DNA of 64,000 nucleotides from the human T2T-CHM13v2.0 reference genome, Homo sapiens: assembly GCF_009914755.1 (NCBI RefSeq), contig NC_060937.1; one strand, given 5' to 3'. Below the pieces are notes generated by a model that worked only from the letters and a program-made list of their open reading frames with translations, had not been told where the DNA came from and did not search any database. Below are positions 37,932-53,428 of the stretch, one piece after another. The stretch's first letter is position 1, and each line of letters opens with the position of its first letter. The position numbers and the translations under genes are program-made.

Positions 37932-38866
37932 TGAGACTAATGAGACTTGCGTATCCTTACTCTCCTACAACCAACATGTCTTCATGTCCTCAAATTCACA
38001 CTTTACTCTCCAAGCCCTCTGTGTCTACTCAAAACCACAATTAAGACTTCCTACCTGGGTTCCTTCCACCACCTCTTCATAGTTTCCCTATTTCAGGCCC
38101 CAGACACACTTCCCTGAAAATACTGTGCGCTCATGTTTTCAATCCAAACTTATTTCTTTCCACTCTCCCAAACATTAACATTACAAGGTGGCCAGTTTCC
38201 TCGCTATCCCTTGTGAGTCCCCTTTAGAAAGGAGAAGGGCTTCCCCTTTTCCTCTCTAGAGATCTTATCCTCTCTAAACTTAACCAACGCTTCAGATAGT
38301 GACATCTCAAGTGTTGTTAGAGAATTCAAAGACATAACTTCACCACCCACCTTCCGCAGGGCCCAGCATTCCAGTGGCCCTCAGTCAGCTCTCCCCTCTT
38401 CTGCCCCACTACATGCCTTTTCTCACATTTTACACTCACTGACTGTGTTGCTTGTGAATTATTTCCTAGCATCTTCCATTTTCCTAGTTTATTTGATATT
38501 TAGAAGTAGAGGATGTATCCTCCGTGAAACTTCCCCCAGATCCTCAGCAAATCCTGCAACGTTTCATCTGTAGACCCATCCTGTAAACAGTCACGGACAT
38601 GCAGTTTATCATCAATTCGTCTCTAGTAATTCTATGAATTCTGGGCCAGTCTCTCCACCCAGAATGTAGTATTCTAAATGCTGGATCCTGTATTTCTTCT
38701 AGAACTTAGCACAGAGTAGAATGCTTAGTATTGGCCATGGCATATCTGTTCACGAATTGACTCATGATCTGTCAGAGATTTTCACCTAGGTCCCTGCTGG
38801 AATGTCCCCTGCTCAGAGGTACTTCTCTGACCTATCACTCTGCACCTTTATCCTGCTCAAGGTTTT

Positions 38867-39375
<509 letters not shown>

Positions 39376-40799
39376 TTCAAGATCCAGTTTTCTGATAGAC
39401 AATAAACAATTGTGATTTTGACTCAAGTCCTAGTTCAAGCACATAAGTGTAGATGTTATATATCATTAAGATTAATAAAGGACTAGTATTAATAAACACT
39501 TATGTGACAGCTTTAATAGGAAGACAGGATATCCCTGCATTACAAGGGAAGTTTTAATGAGTAACTGAGTCCTGTCCTCTTACTTTTCTGATAAAACACA
39601 GGACCCAGATATGAATGTCTTTCTACCAATCTTTGTCTACTGACATGAGAATAAACAGAGCACAGGGCTATATAATGCTTGTCAGTTACCTAAAACAAGA
39701 ATGTAACGAGAGAAAGTGGAATAAGGAATAACTTAAACCATTTTATCCAAACGAAAATGGCTTTCCCATTCATTACCAATGACTTGAACCTCATATTACT
39801 ATGTACTGGCTATAGTCCTTCCATCTCCTGGGAAGCTAAGATTTATAAAGTGTGCTTCTTAACAAAATTATTTCATGCCAGTATTTAGTTATCATTGTTA
39901 ATGAAAATATGTGTAGCACTTTTCGAAATGTTCTGTGGACATTTTTATTTACTGCACATAAATCCAGAGAAACAATGATCTGTTATTGCCACTTCTTCCT
40001 TTAGAGAGTTGCATCCAAGGCCAAAAACTGAATCATTATTAGAAAACCTGCTGAACCCAAATTCTTTCTCTATGTGCTTCTCCCTTCTACACAGTGTTTC
40101 AGTTCCTTGCCTAGTAATGCAACTTCATTATATATATTCTATTTGAGAAAGGAGGAAATGGATAGGAAAACTTTTACTTAGCCATGATTCATGATAGAAA
40201 TCAATTGAAATTCATATGAACCATTATCACAAGAATATGAATTTATATCCCCAGGTGGACAGTTATGAAAGTGGGATTTATATGCAAATGAATTCAAATG
40301 TCAGTTAAATGCTCCATATTAGGGTAAGCACTATTTGTGATAAAAAAAAACTTAATACACAATACATGGAGGTAATTTGTTTGTTTGTTTTGCGTGTCCT
40401 GAGTTGAAAGGGGAATTCTCTTTTCCAGATCTTGGGAATCTATTTTCCCTTCTTAAGTTGATAAAGTTTAAGACTAGAGAGTTTAGTAAACTTGCTCAAG
40501 ATCACAAAGCTTATTTGGTAGCAGAAGAAAAGCTGGAAATCAAATATTACACTTTTTGTGCAGTGCTGAGTCACTTGAAGATGCTATGTTGAAAATCAAT
40601 CTTGAAGGATAGGTAACACCACAAAGAGGCAGAGGAGTTGGAAATCTCATGGCAGGATTATAGGCAGTGAGGAGAATGGTTTGGCCCAGGTGAAGTGAGA
40701 GTTTATGTCAAAAGTAAAATTGGAAAGAGATAACTATATCATGGATCTTATACTTTATCTAGTGAGCAATGGTATAATTCATGTATAAAAAGAGTTTGT

Positions 40800-41555
<756 letters not shown>

Positions 41556-44145
41556 ATATATGTTGCTCTACATTCTCTTAAATAATTATATAATGGAAAT
41601 ATTTATGTAAAAAATATACACTGAGTTTTCATTAGTTACCCATCTGTTTGACTTCAATTTATATAATATATAGTCAACTTACTCCTTAACTCTCAAAGAG
41701 TAACTTCTCCTAATGGGTTATTGAAGAAGAGAATATCCCTTCTGTTCTGTAAAGACACTGAATATTCATGTTCTTTTCTCTTTTTTTCTTTTTTTCTTCC
41801 CTTTTGATTTTATTCTTTTTTTGTTTCTAGGTTAGAGATTCAAATAGAACTTTCTCTGCTTCCGTGAATTTTTAAAATTGGTTTATACATTTGACAAAGC
41901 TACTTACATGCATATTTTATTGGAAAAAAAGGTTTAGAAAAGAGGATTACATAAAGATTCTCACACTGCATGCAGCCAACAGCATTTGTGAAGCACTTTT
42001 TTTCAGAGCTCTGTCTTGAGTGCTAGAGTAGGTGACAAAATGGCTCAAGTAAGAGTGAAATGGGTTCACCTTCCCCGGAAACAGGCTGAGAGAGCCTGTG
42101 GCTAAAATGAGATCGGATGAGTGGAATGAAATACTATCTGGACCTTCCAGGATTGCACACCCCAGCCATAGCACCCCAAGGACTGGGGAGAGGCAGATCA
42201 CATTCAAATTAATTTTGTACATGACTAAAAAAAAAAAATCTGTAGAAATGTGCATGGTTTCCTAAGTAAATATGGGTCTTAGAAATTATAAGTGGAAGCA
42301 CATGACTTAGTGAATAGAGTTCTAGAAACCAAGAACAGAAGTCTTGTTCTTAGTTCTTTCACCACTTCCCAACACAGCATTAATGATGTGGCTCTGTTTC
42401 CTCAAGTTGAATATGGCAGATCCTCAGGCTATCTTAAGAGACATGATTGATCAGATAACTGTATTTTAACACTGATTGTATAAAATGTAAAAACACCCCT
42501 AGAAAACCAAAAATCTCGATTTTTTAATAATCTTTTTAAAAAGCTTTTTCAGGATAAAAGAAGGAAAAGGAACTATTTTTAATAAAACACAGTTTTTCTC
42601 GTGAACAATTCTAAATAAAACGACATGTGTCTTTATTTGGCAGACTATCTTATTAGTGGTTCAGAAGTAAAACTGGTAGTTGCCTTGCCTTAAAAACTGG
42701 CCACTTTAGTTTTTTCAGGAAGCTTAACGTTATGTGAGGCGCTGTGGAAAATTAGAGAAACTATGACTTTTAATTATTAACTAGACAAAGAGGTAAGATT
42801 TGGTTAAGGAAAAGTTCTCTCAGTGGTGCTTTATGAAATATTGTGAAGAAAGCTCCAATCCCACATTATTTCATAGATTTAAATGGGATATTTGATGGTG
42901 TTCATACATGCTCCCTGTTGGGGAAAGCCGATGAATGAGCAGATCTAAGAAATTCTGCCTTTCATATTTGGAGATATGCCAAGAATCAGAGGGCGGAGAC
43001 CTGCAAGCCATTATAAGCATCAAAGTTTATGTGAGCTGGGAAACAGACCAGAATCAGGACATGTAAAACAAGGCCAGGGTGATTAAGTCACCTCTAAGGT
43101 GTAAAATGAAAGCTACGCCTTAAAACAGGAGCAAATCAGAACCAAGAATCTAGTTCTTAGCCAATGCAAAGTAGAGAACAGAAGCACTACCACACCAATT
43201 CAAGTATCATTGTTTGATCAGCTACTTGAAACAAAGGAATACAAACTGATGTTTATTAAGATCCCAATATGTTTCAGGCACTGTTACCTCATCCACAGAA
43301 TCTCATCAAGTGTGGACGGCAATCCTAACAGGCTATTGATAAAGATAATGACTGCTCAAGAGAGATTTAGTAACCTGCCAAAAGTCATTTAGTTAACAAA
43401 CCATAAAATCAGATCCTGTATGACTTCAGAGCTAGTGGTTCTTCATTACCTACTGCCCTTCAATGGGGAAAAGTGAATGAATGAGACATGTTCCACAGTT
43501 CTAGATTTAATTATGTAACGACATCATAGTCATCTTTGAGCTTAGCTTGCTTTGGAGTCCAGCACTACTTTGAGTCATGGATCCTGTGAACCTGAGAGCC
43601 TAATAAGATCTTTTGTATCCTTTGGAGAAGCACTGAGCAGCAATCATTTCTTTGTGGACATGGGTACCAGCCTACAGAATTCCACTGTGTAGAGTATATT
43701 GGTCTCCATTCTTCTCTGGCTTTTGAACCTTTTAAAACTACTGCTATGAGCATTTTCCTAATGCTGGCAGACCTCTTGCTGAGGCACAGATGTTTATAAG
43801 TTCCTCTGTGAGTTCTTTTGCTGTACTAGGACAGGATCAATTTCATAACCATTCAGAAATCCAAATACCAGAGGCTAGCAGGAACCTAAGTCTGTATTTC
43901 CCCTAGGAGCTCTAGTTCAATATTCACTAATTCAATGTTGATTGTGACTTTACACAACACAACAATGACAATGAAAGATAATTGACTTACATAATTCAGA
44001 GCCTGATACATGGCAAATGCTAGGAAAAGGGAAACTATAATGCTTATAAGGAATTATAATAATTTAATTATTCTTGCATAGTCTTTGCATGGACATATTA
44101 AGTTTTAAGGATGTTCATAGAAACATCCTTAAGGAGAAAAAGTGG

Positions 44146-44280
44146 AGCCAGGCATGGTGGCTCACACCCGTAATATCCTAGCATTTTGGGAGGCCAAGGC
44201 AGGAGGATCACTTGAGGCCAAGAGTTTGAGAACAGCCTGGACAACTTAGCAAGACCCTGTCTCTATATTAAAAAGAAAAA
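44146..44280 (+). mobile_element. FLAM_C / AluJ left monomer
   Basis: Single Alu arm gccaggcatggtggctcacac...gcaagaccctgtctcta followed by an A-rich tail. Confidence 0.88.
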
Positions 44281-44349
44281 GAGAGGGAAGGGAAGGGCAG
44301 GGGAGGGGAAGGGAGGGGAGGGGAGGGGAGAGGAGGGGAGGGAAGGGAA
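44281..44349. repeat. (GGGAA/GGGGA)n polypurine simple repeat
   Basis: Read directly; contiguous with the monomer tail. Confidence 0.9.
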
Positions 44350-45264
44350 TTTAACGTTATTAGCTACTATAGCCTCTTCTCTCCATTAGCAGCAGCCAAA
44401 CAAAAACCAGGCCTGATTGAATCAGGATTTCATGTTGAATATCACTATCAGTGCTGTCTTCTTGTAATTTCAATATGGTTTAGACTCCAACGGAGTATAG
44501 CAGGATGTTGGAAAATAAAATTTGGGGACAAAAATCCAGAAAGCTCTACTCATTGACTTTACACAATTATGTGATGGTCTCAGTGATCTTGGGACTTGAT
44601 TAGGTATTAAGCATTTTTAACTGCCTGGGGGTCACTGATATAAAATCTCTATCTGACATGTAATTGATTTTGTCATAATTGATGAGATTATCGGGCATAT
44701 TCGTTCTTGCCAGTGAAGTCAAGAACTGGAAGCACACTAGGTTCAGGCTTAATCAGTTTTATGCAGCTGTGCTTGAGTACTTAATAAAGGACATGAAAGT
44801 TGGCACCAAGAAGATTCTCTGAGAAATTCCTCCAATTCAATTGATTTAGAGCATGATTAAAAGCCCTTTGTACAGTAATCCAGGAGCTGCTGTATGCTAA
44901 TAACTGTGCTCTTAAAGCCCGTGAGTAAGAAGATGTGAAAATGATCACCAAACCTCTTGCAGACTCTGCACTGTGACTGGGCTGATAAGCCTGAGAGAGA
45001 GATGGATTAGGTCAGAGCCCCTACCAAGGAAACCTTCAATCTAGCCAAAGACTTTCAATGACATCGCAGAAGAGAGAGAGATGTCTGTGATTTTGATCAT
45101 GCAAGGCTTCTCATAATCTTTTGGCTGTGCAATTTTCAGCCTGGGAAATCAGATAGAAAGGATTCTTACATCCTTTAGGAGGCTGGCAGCCTTGGTATCA
45201 ACACTGTGGCTTCTGGCTTGAAAGCAGGGGCTCTTCTGAGATACCTGGACAAAGTCTATGTAAT

Positions 45265-45618
45265 GCACATATTTTCTTCCTAAAGCACATCACAGCTTTC
45301 TTGAGCTTAGGAACACTACATAGCACTTTACCCTGTATTTGGGTGAAATTGCCAAAAAAATGCACACAAATGTGAGAAACATGGCACTAACTGTGAAAAG
45401 GACACTTGTTAACATTATGAGAGCTGAAACAAGAAGGTAGAACTTCACTTTGTTCAACTTAAGCTAGGAATGTGTCCATTGGGTGACTCAGATTTTTTTC
45501 TCCAATCTACGCCGGTGCATGTCCCTGAATAACTGCAAGTATTGAGTTGGGGATTACAAATAAATTTTAGCAAGCAGGCAAATTTGCAAACACAGAACCT
45601 TTAAATGAGATTGACTGT
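45265..45618 (+). mobile_element. MER82 Tigger-family element, 3' part
   Basis: gcttaggaacacta, aaaaggacacttgtt, gagagctgaaacaagaagg, ttacaaataaattttagc...gactg. Confidence 0.8.
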
Positions 45619-46388
45619 GTTGAAAAAAATAGAGACCACACATTAGGTATACCTCAAGACCAGCACCCATAACCATATAGCCAAAACTAAGTCATCCTGA
45701 TTTTCCTGAAATGCTAACTTTATTCATAAATGAAACAAAATGTAAGCTATATGTGTTAGTCCATTTTCATACTGCTATGAAAAAATACCCAAGACTGGGT
45801 AATTTATAAAGAAAAAGAGGTTTAATGGACTCACAGTTCCACATGGCTGGGAAGGCTTCATAATCATGGCAGAAGGCAAAGGAGGAGCAAAGGCATGTCT
45901 TACATGGTGCCAGGCAAGAGAATGTGTGCAGGGGAACTGCCCTTTATAAAACCATCAGATCTCATGAGACTTACTGTCATGAGAACAGCATGGGAAAACC
46001 GGCCCCTGTGATTTAATTACCTCCCACCGGATCCCTCCCATGACATGTGGGGATTATGGGAGCTACATTTCAAGATGAGATTTGGGTGGGGAGACAGCCA
46101 AACCATATCATTATCATTTCTATTAGCATGAGACAGTGAAATGAAATCAATCAGCTATAGACAAGTCATTTTAAACAGCTCTCCTTGCCTTCAAAAGAAT
46201 GTTAATATATAATAGCTCATCATGAAAAAGGTCAAAATACTCTCTCCTTCATGCTTTATAAACTGGGCTGTCACTGCTGTGAGTGGGGCTTCTTACCACC
46301 TATAGTTTCAGGTCTCCTGATTTGCAAACTGTTCTTTTGTATAAACTTGTACAGTTTTAAAATTTGATCTGATTTTATTTTATAATAA
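45619..46388. mobile_element. Possible old ERV solo LTR hosting the THE1 LTR
   Basis: tg... start and LTR-like 3' part (gctttataaact, aggtctcctgatttgcaaactgttcttt); family not identified. Confidence 0.3.
45752..46110 (-). mobile_element. THE1D/MSTA-like MaLR solo LTR
   Basis: tgtgttagtccattttcatactgctatg...gagatttgggtggggagacagccaaaccatatca. Confidence 0.93.
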
Positions 46389-47616
46389 CTGTTTTTAACA
46401 AACATTACTTAATACATCAACTTCACAAAATGGATATTATTATGATGATCTCCATTTTATGGATAAGTCTGGGTGGGTGAGGAAATTGATCAAGCCCACA
46501 TAACAAGTGGAAGAACCAAGATTAAGACCCCAGCTGTCTGTCTCTATTTAGCACACAATTACTCTATCACTGTCACCCCTCACCTGCCAATATATTGTAA
46601 TGTTTGAAATGATTAGATCATGTGGCATTAGATGTGGAAAATTAGAACTGTTCATGGCTATTAATAGGACCTCAAAATTGAAAGTGAAAGCCAATTCATG
46701 TTGCTTGGGAGATTCTCCACATTTTAGAGGCTTCATAGTCACAAAATGTCAGTCAATGGGTGCTAATGTGTTTCTATCATTTCATCAAGATTCATCTATT
46801 CACTGCAATGTAGCTAGAACCCATTTTTTGCAATGCTATGAAATACTGAACAAGAATAAATATAGAAATGTTTTATCAAAGATAATATTTTTGGTTTCAA
46901 GTTGACTGAGAAAGTAATAATATCATCTACTTACCAGTTTACGAAAATGATAAAAATGTAAACAGAGAAATTCAAACTAGAAAAGCCACTCCAGGGGCCC
47001 TTGGATTCTTGCCATTTCTGTACCGGGATATAAACATGCAACTTGGAACTTCAGTTTTATTTAACTGAAACAAAGAAAACTGAGAGGATTCCGATCTTGT
47101 TATTTCTCTTCTTAAATGACTGTAGCTAACTTGTGGGAATGGGCTATGCTTTCCACTAATCTGATTCTACTTTTGCAAAGAAATCAATAAAGTATTTCAA
47201 AATTATAACAAAGATAATATGTTGATTCACTTTTGGGTAACAAAGCAGGCAGATATCTGTGGAGTTCTGCAAGAAACCACACAACAAAGTTCGTATTAGA
47301 AATATAATCAGATGTAGCCAGCCCAAGTCGACAAGCAATTAATTTTGCTACTTAGACCTCTGGAGTCAGTGATCCATGAATTGGTATTCACTAGGTGGTT
47401 ATTTAAATCTAATCTTTAAAACTTGGTGCAGTCCCTACCCATTAAAATATGAAAGATGATGATGACCAGAAGATATGGGTGTCTGGGATCATCAGTTTTA
47501 ACTGGAATTATAAAGTCACTAAGATGAAAAGAACATAAGAGTCATAACCCCTTTTAATTCCTTTCCTCACTATGGTAACTGGTGAAGAAAAACTCACAGA
47601 ACTCGAGATCAAATTC

Positions 47617-47665
<49 letters not shown>
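47617..47665. repeat. (TG)n microsatellite
   Basis: Read directly; one interruption. Confidence 0.95.
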
Positions 47666-47667
<2 letters not shown>

Positions 47668-47687
47668 TTTAAAGGCAGCCCAAGCTT

Positions 47688-49445
47688 ATTTTATTTATTT
47701 TCCAGCTTTATTGAGATATAATTGACAAAAATTATATATATTTGCGGTGTAAAATGTGATATTTTGAGATGCATATACAATGTGAAATGATTTTCATGAT
47801 TAAGGCAATTCACACATCCATCACCTCACATAGTTACCTGTGTGTGTGTTTGCGGGGTGGGGTGGGGGGCGGGATTGGTGAGAACATTTAAGATATACTG
47901 TCTTAGCAGATTTCAAGTATACGATAGATTATTAACTATAATCACTGTGCTCTATATTGTAGCTCCAGAAATTATTCATCTAGCATAACTGAAACTTTGT
48001 ACCATTTGACTAACATCTCCCCATTTTCCCCACCCACTTGCCCCTGCCAACCACCATTCCATTCTCTGCTTCTATGAGTTTGACTTTTTAAGATTCCCAT
48101 ATAAGTGAGATCATGCAGTATTTGTCTCTCTGTGCTTGGCTTACTTCACTTAATGTACTCTAAATTCATTTATATTGTTGCAAATAACAGAATTTCATTC
48201 TCTTTTAATGCTACATAGTATTCCATTGTGTATATATACCACATTTTCTTTATCCGTTCATCTGTTGATGGATACTTAGATTGATTCCGTCTCTTGGGTA
48301 TTGTGAATGGTGCTTTAATGAACATGGGGAGTACAGATATTTTTTGGAGATACTGATATTTCCTTTAGATATAGACCTAGAACCGGGATTGCTAAACCAT
48401 ATGGTAGTTCTATTTTTAAGTTTTGGGGAACCTCCACACTGTTTTCTACAGTGGCTATACTATTTTGCATTTCTACCAACACTGTAGAAGAGTTTCCTTT
48501 TCTCCACATCCTCACCAACCTCATCTTTTGTCTTTCTGATAATAGCCATTCTGGCAGGTATGAGGTGATATCTCATGCCTATTTTGATTTGTATTTCCCT
48601 GATGATTAGTGATGTTGAACATGTTTTATATACCTTTTGACCATTTGTATGTCTTCTTTTGAGAAATGTCCATTTTTTGCCCATTTTTAATTGGATTATT
48701 TGTTTTCTGGCTGAGTTGTTTAAGTTCCTTATATATTTGGGATAGGAATCCCTTATTAGATAAATGGTTTACAAATATTTTATCCATTTCTTATATTGCC
48801 TTTTCACTCAATTGATTATTATCTTAACTGCAGAAAGTCTTTAGTGTGATGTACTCCCATTTGTCTATTTTTGCTTTTGTTTCCTCATCTTTTGGTGTCA
48901 TATTCAAGAAATCATTGCCAATATCAATGTCAAAAAATTTTTTTCCTCTTTTTCCTTTTAATAGTTTTATAGTTTCAGGTCTTACATTTAAGTATTTAAT
49001 TCATTTTTGAATTAATTTTTTATATTGTGTGAGATAATGGTCCAAACTGCATATGGATATCTAGTTTTTCTAGCAGCATTTATTGAAGATACTTTCCTTT
49101 TCGCATTGTGTATTCTTGGCATGGTTTTTGAAGGTTAATTGACCTTAAAAGTGTGGATTTGCTTCTGGCTCTTATTCTGTTCTGTTGGTTTACGTATCTA
49201 TTTTTGTGGTAGTGCCATGCTGTTTTGATTACCGTAACTCAGTAGTATATTTTGAAATCCGGTAGTGTAATGCCTCCAGCTTTGTTCTTGCTCAAGATTG
49301 CTTTAGCTATAGTGAGTCTTTTGTGTTTTCATATAAATTTTAGGATTGTCTTTTCTATTTCTGTATAAAAATGTCATTGGAGTTTTGATAGGGATTGCAT
49401 TGAATCTGTAGATCACTTTGGGTAGTAGGGACATTGTAACATATA
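47688..49445 (-). mobile_element. L1MA8/9-like 5'-truncated LINE-1
   Basis: ccagctttattgagatataattgacaa 3' end; decayed ORF2 C-terminal peptides on the minus strand (IELPY, MRYHLIPARMAII). Confidence 0.9.
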
Positions 49446-50579
49446 TTTTTAATTATAAGTGATTCTAAAGAATGAACACTTGCTTTCAGGATGCAGAAGT
49501 TATGTGAATTTATTGTTTGATGACCTGATGGCAGAAGTTGTAAAGTGAAACCATCTGGATCTGATCAGCACATCTAATCCTAGGGAGAGCTCACTGAGTA
49601 TTCAGTGTACATGCAGAGTTCCTACGAAGTTTAAGATGATGCTAGCACAGGAAAAAAACACAAGAAAATTGGCCCTGCAATCTAAATGTATTCATTTGAA
49701 AATGCAATATTTCAATTAGATTTGAAAGAGAGTCCTATTACTGCTGAAAAATACTTAAGGAAAATAAATTCAGCAACAGGACTCTGCCTTTTTCGAAATG
49801 AATTTGTTTAGCTTAGTGCTAAGTTTATATGAGGGTATGAGTCAAATTTACAGGGACACTGGATTTAGTCACAGAGATTGAGGGTGTTACTTTATTATGT
49901 CTAAAAAAAAATGAAACAGCTGAAGTCTTTCTTCCTACTTAGAATCTTCATAGAGTAATTGTACAGCTTTAACAGGCTGTACAGGAGAGCAATAGTGCTA
50001 GATAAACAAATGATAGGTCTCTAATAGTTTGAAAGCTTAATCAGGTAGCTTTAAACAAAAGTGTATTCATATCTGGGTATCAGTGAAGGAAGGTCTGTAA
50101 TGGAAATTACTGGCACCTCTTGCTTCTCCTATTAGCCCAGCAGTTCCACAAATCCTTATAAATATAAAGGTATAATATTACATATAAAACCTACACATGG
50201 TTTGCTTCAAACTGATAAGTCACGAAAGAAAGATGCAGACATGTCTTCCCATTGGTGATGCCATTTCCCACTGCCTGTTATCAGGAATGTTTTCCATCCA
50301 TTTTTTTCCAAGTTTGCCTCAATATATGAACACTGCTTTATAAAAGGAAAATTACAGTAAGATGTACTTGTATTTCTTATTAGCTCAGCTTTATGATTGT
50401 ATTGTAATTATTGGTTTAGTTTTTAAGAAATTGTGAACCAGGAAATTCATAAGATAATCAGAGCTCTGTGTCACTCATACAGATTACTTTTTCCTTCATT
50501 TAATTTTCACTTAAATATTTTATATGTATGCTTTCTAGTGTAATCATTTAATAAAGACTCATAGAATGCTTACTATGTA

Positions 50580-50750
50580 AATTTGCTAAATTTAGCAAAT
50601 AAAATACAGGACACACAGTCAAATTTAAATTTCAGTTAAACAATAAATATGTTTTTAGTATGTCGTAAATATTGCAATATTAAATAATTCTTCATTGGCT
50701 ATATGAAATATAAATTTAACTTGGCATCCTCCTTTCTGTCTGGCAATCAT
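50580..50750. mobile_element. MER53 palindromic hAT MITE
   Basis: atttagcaaataaaatacaggacac...aaatttaacttggcatcct...tctggcaa. Confidence 0.8.
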
Positions 50751-51049
50751 ATTATCTACAGGAAAAGGATCATCCTAGGAGCTCAGAAGGATACAAATAA
50801 AAATTTCGTTTCTGTACTACCTTGAAAGAAATATGTCTATAGATTAAGATAGGAAGTAATAATAATTCCCCAAGGTATATATAGGTAAAATCGAAGGACC
50901 CAAAGAGAAATAAGTATTTGGAAAGGAATGTATTTAAATCCGTGAGTTTTTAAAATTTTGCTAACATATGCTATATAAAAAAGAGTAGTAGGAAGTAAAG
51001 GTGAGGTTGGGAATTATACCAGGCCCAGAGATTTAAAACTGATGCTCTG

Positions 51050-51381
51050 GATAAGTGTCTTTTGATAGAAAAATAATGGGAAGCAGTAACGCAAATCACA
51101 GATGTAATTTATAATTCTCTAGTAGCCACATTAAGAAATGTAAAAGAAGTAAGTTAAATTAATTGTAATAATATGTTTTATTCAACTCAACGTATCCAAA
51201 ATATTATCATTTCCACATGTAATCAATATAAAAATTGTTGATGCAGTAATTCTTTTTAAAATAACTATTCAAAATCTGCTGTGCATTTTACACTTTCAGG
51301 GTATTTGAATTTGGACCAGCCACATTTCAAGTGATCAGTAGTCACGTGTGGCTACTGACTGACTTGTTGAATGGCACAGCT
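51050..51381. mobile_element. MER33 hAT-Charlie element
   Basis: tctagtagccacatt, tatccaaaatattatcatttc, ggaccagccacatttcaagtg...cacgtgtggctact. Confidence 0.85.
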
Positions 51382-52229
51382 CTTGAGAGTAAGGATCTGC
51401 TCATAGTTTGTTAACGAAAGAGTCATGGGATCAGAGTGGAGCTTCAGATTTGCGATAGTATTACATGAGATAGATGGAGGGGGAGAAATTGGGCAGGGAG
51501 AGAACATTTAATAGGCTATTCCAGTAATGCATTAAATTGAAAGAAAAGTCGACCTATTATGGTAAATAGAAAAGGGGATCAGGGAACGTACAGATGGGGA
51601 TGATGTTTACTAATGCTTATTATATACACTATTTTACTCTCAGGCCTGTGTGGACAGAAGTAGAAAACAGAGGAGGCATTGCTTCTGATCACTAAGAATG
51701 CCACCCAAATGGAGAAAGCCACACAGCAGTCAAAAGATATTCAAAATGCATATATTAATATGTAGGGGAAATAAGCAAAAGTTTTGCTGGAAAGGATTCT
51801 TCCTAAAATTTTTCACTTTTTCCCAGTTTCTGGAGCTAAACACAGAAAGATTAGTTTTAATAGAACAGAAATGTCTTAAACTTGGTTTGGTACTGACAAC
51901 CTAAAACACAGAATTCTACTTTAAAATACAGAATTCTATTTTATGGGAATTTGTAAACTGAGAAAAACAATTTTTAGTATTACAGGAGCAGAGAAGGGAC
52001 TACATTACTGAACCTGCCGTGGAATCAGAAATTTAAATATGTTTCAGGACGCTTTTTTTTTTTTTGCTGGAAAAATATTTCCATGCGAGTTGTTGGGAAA
52101 ATAAGATTCTAGCTACAATGCTTCATACACATACCTTTTAATGAATGAATCCTGCCCTTAGCCGGGCTCCTGTGTATAAACCAATATATTTGAGAGGCTC
52201 TTTATTGTTTCAGAGTCTTTCTCATCCAT

Positions 52230-52410
52230 TATCACATATGATTTTTTTCCCAATAACTCCTGAGACACAGCATTGTTGCCTACATTTTTTAGATGAGAAA
52301 TGAGACTGAGAGGAGGAGTAACTTGTCTTAAATCACAGAGCTCACGGTCCAGGTGAGAAATAAAAATCCCAGACATTTGTATCCAAGTCTTAATCTTTGG
52401 TAGTACACCA
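52230..52410 (-). mobile_element. MIR fragment
   Basis: cattttttagatgagaaatgagactgagaggaggagtaacttgtc. Confidence 0.65.
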
Positions 52411-52716
52411 TAATAGATGGGAAGACTAATAAATTGGGAATTAGCCATGTCTCTAGTTATAGGCAAACAGAATATTCACCTATATATAGCCATGTCTCTA
52501 GTTACAAGCAAACAGAAATCTAGGTGAATATTCTGAGGTAAATGGTCTCACCAGTTCACTTCCTTCTGGTTTTTTCTCCTACACACTCACACTTGTTCAT
52601 CTTCATGTCTAACATTTAAGAATTCATCTGCTCTTGGCTGCTTAAATCTATGAATGGAACATGTGGACATGTAAAGCCATCAACTCAGAAAAATGTAGTT
52701 CTCACAGTGATTCATT

Positions 52717-52790
52717 TGATAAATATGTTAATACCTATTATGATAAATAGGTTAACACCTATTATGATAAATAGGTTAATACCTATTATG
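52717..52790. repeat. 24-bp tandem repeat x3 inside a MIR 3' fragment
   Basis: Unit tgataaataggttaatacctatta at 52717, 52741 and 52765; followed by the MIR motif gcacttagcacagtgcc. Confidence 0.9.
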
Positions 52791-52953
52791 CACTTAGCAC
52801 AGTGCCCAACACACAGTAAGTGCTCAAGTTTATCTAGTATCATTAACATTTGAGGTAAAGGAAATGCCAAATTATGTAATTAATGTGTGTGAAAGTAGTT
52901 TAAAAACAATAAAACAATGTACAAATAAAGATATTATTATAATGAGGCAATTG

Positions 52954-53428
<475 letters not shown>

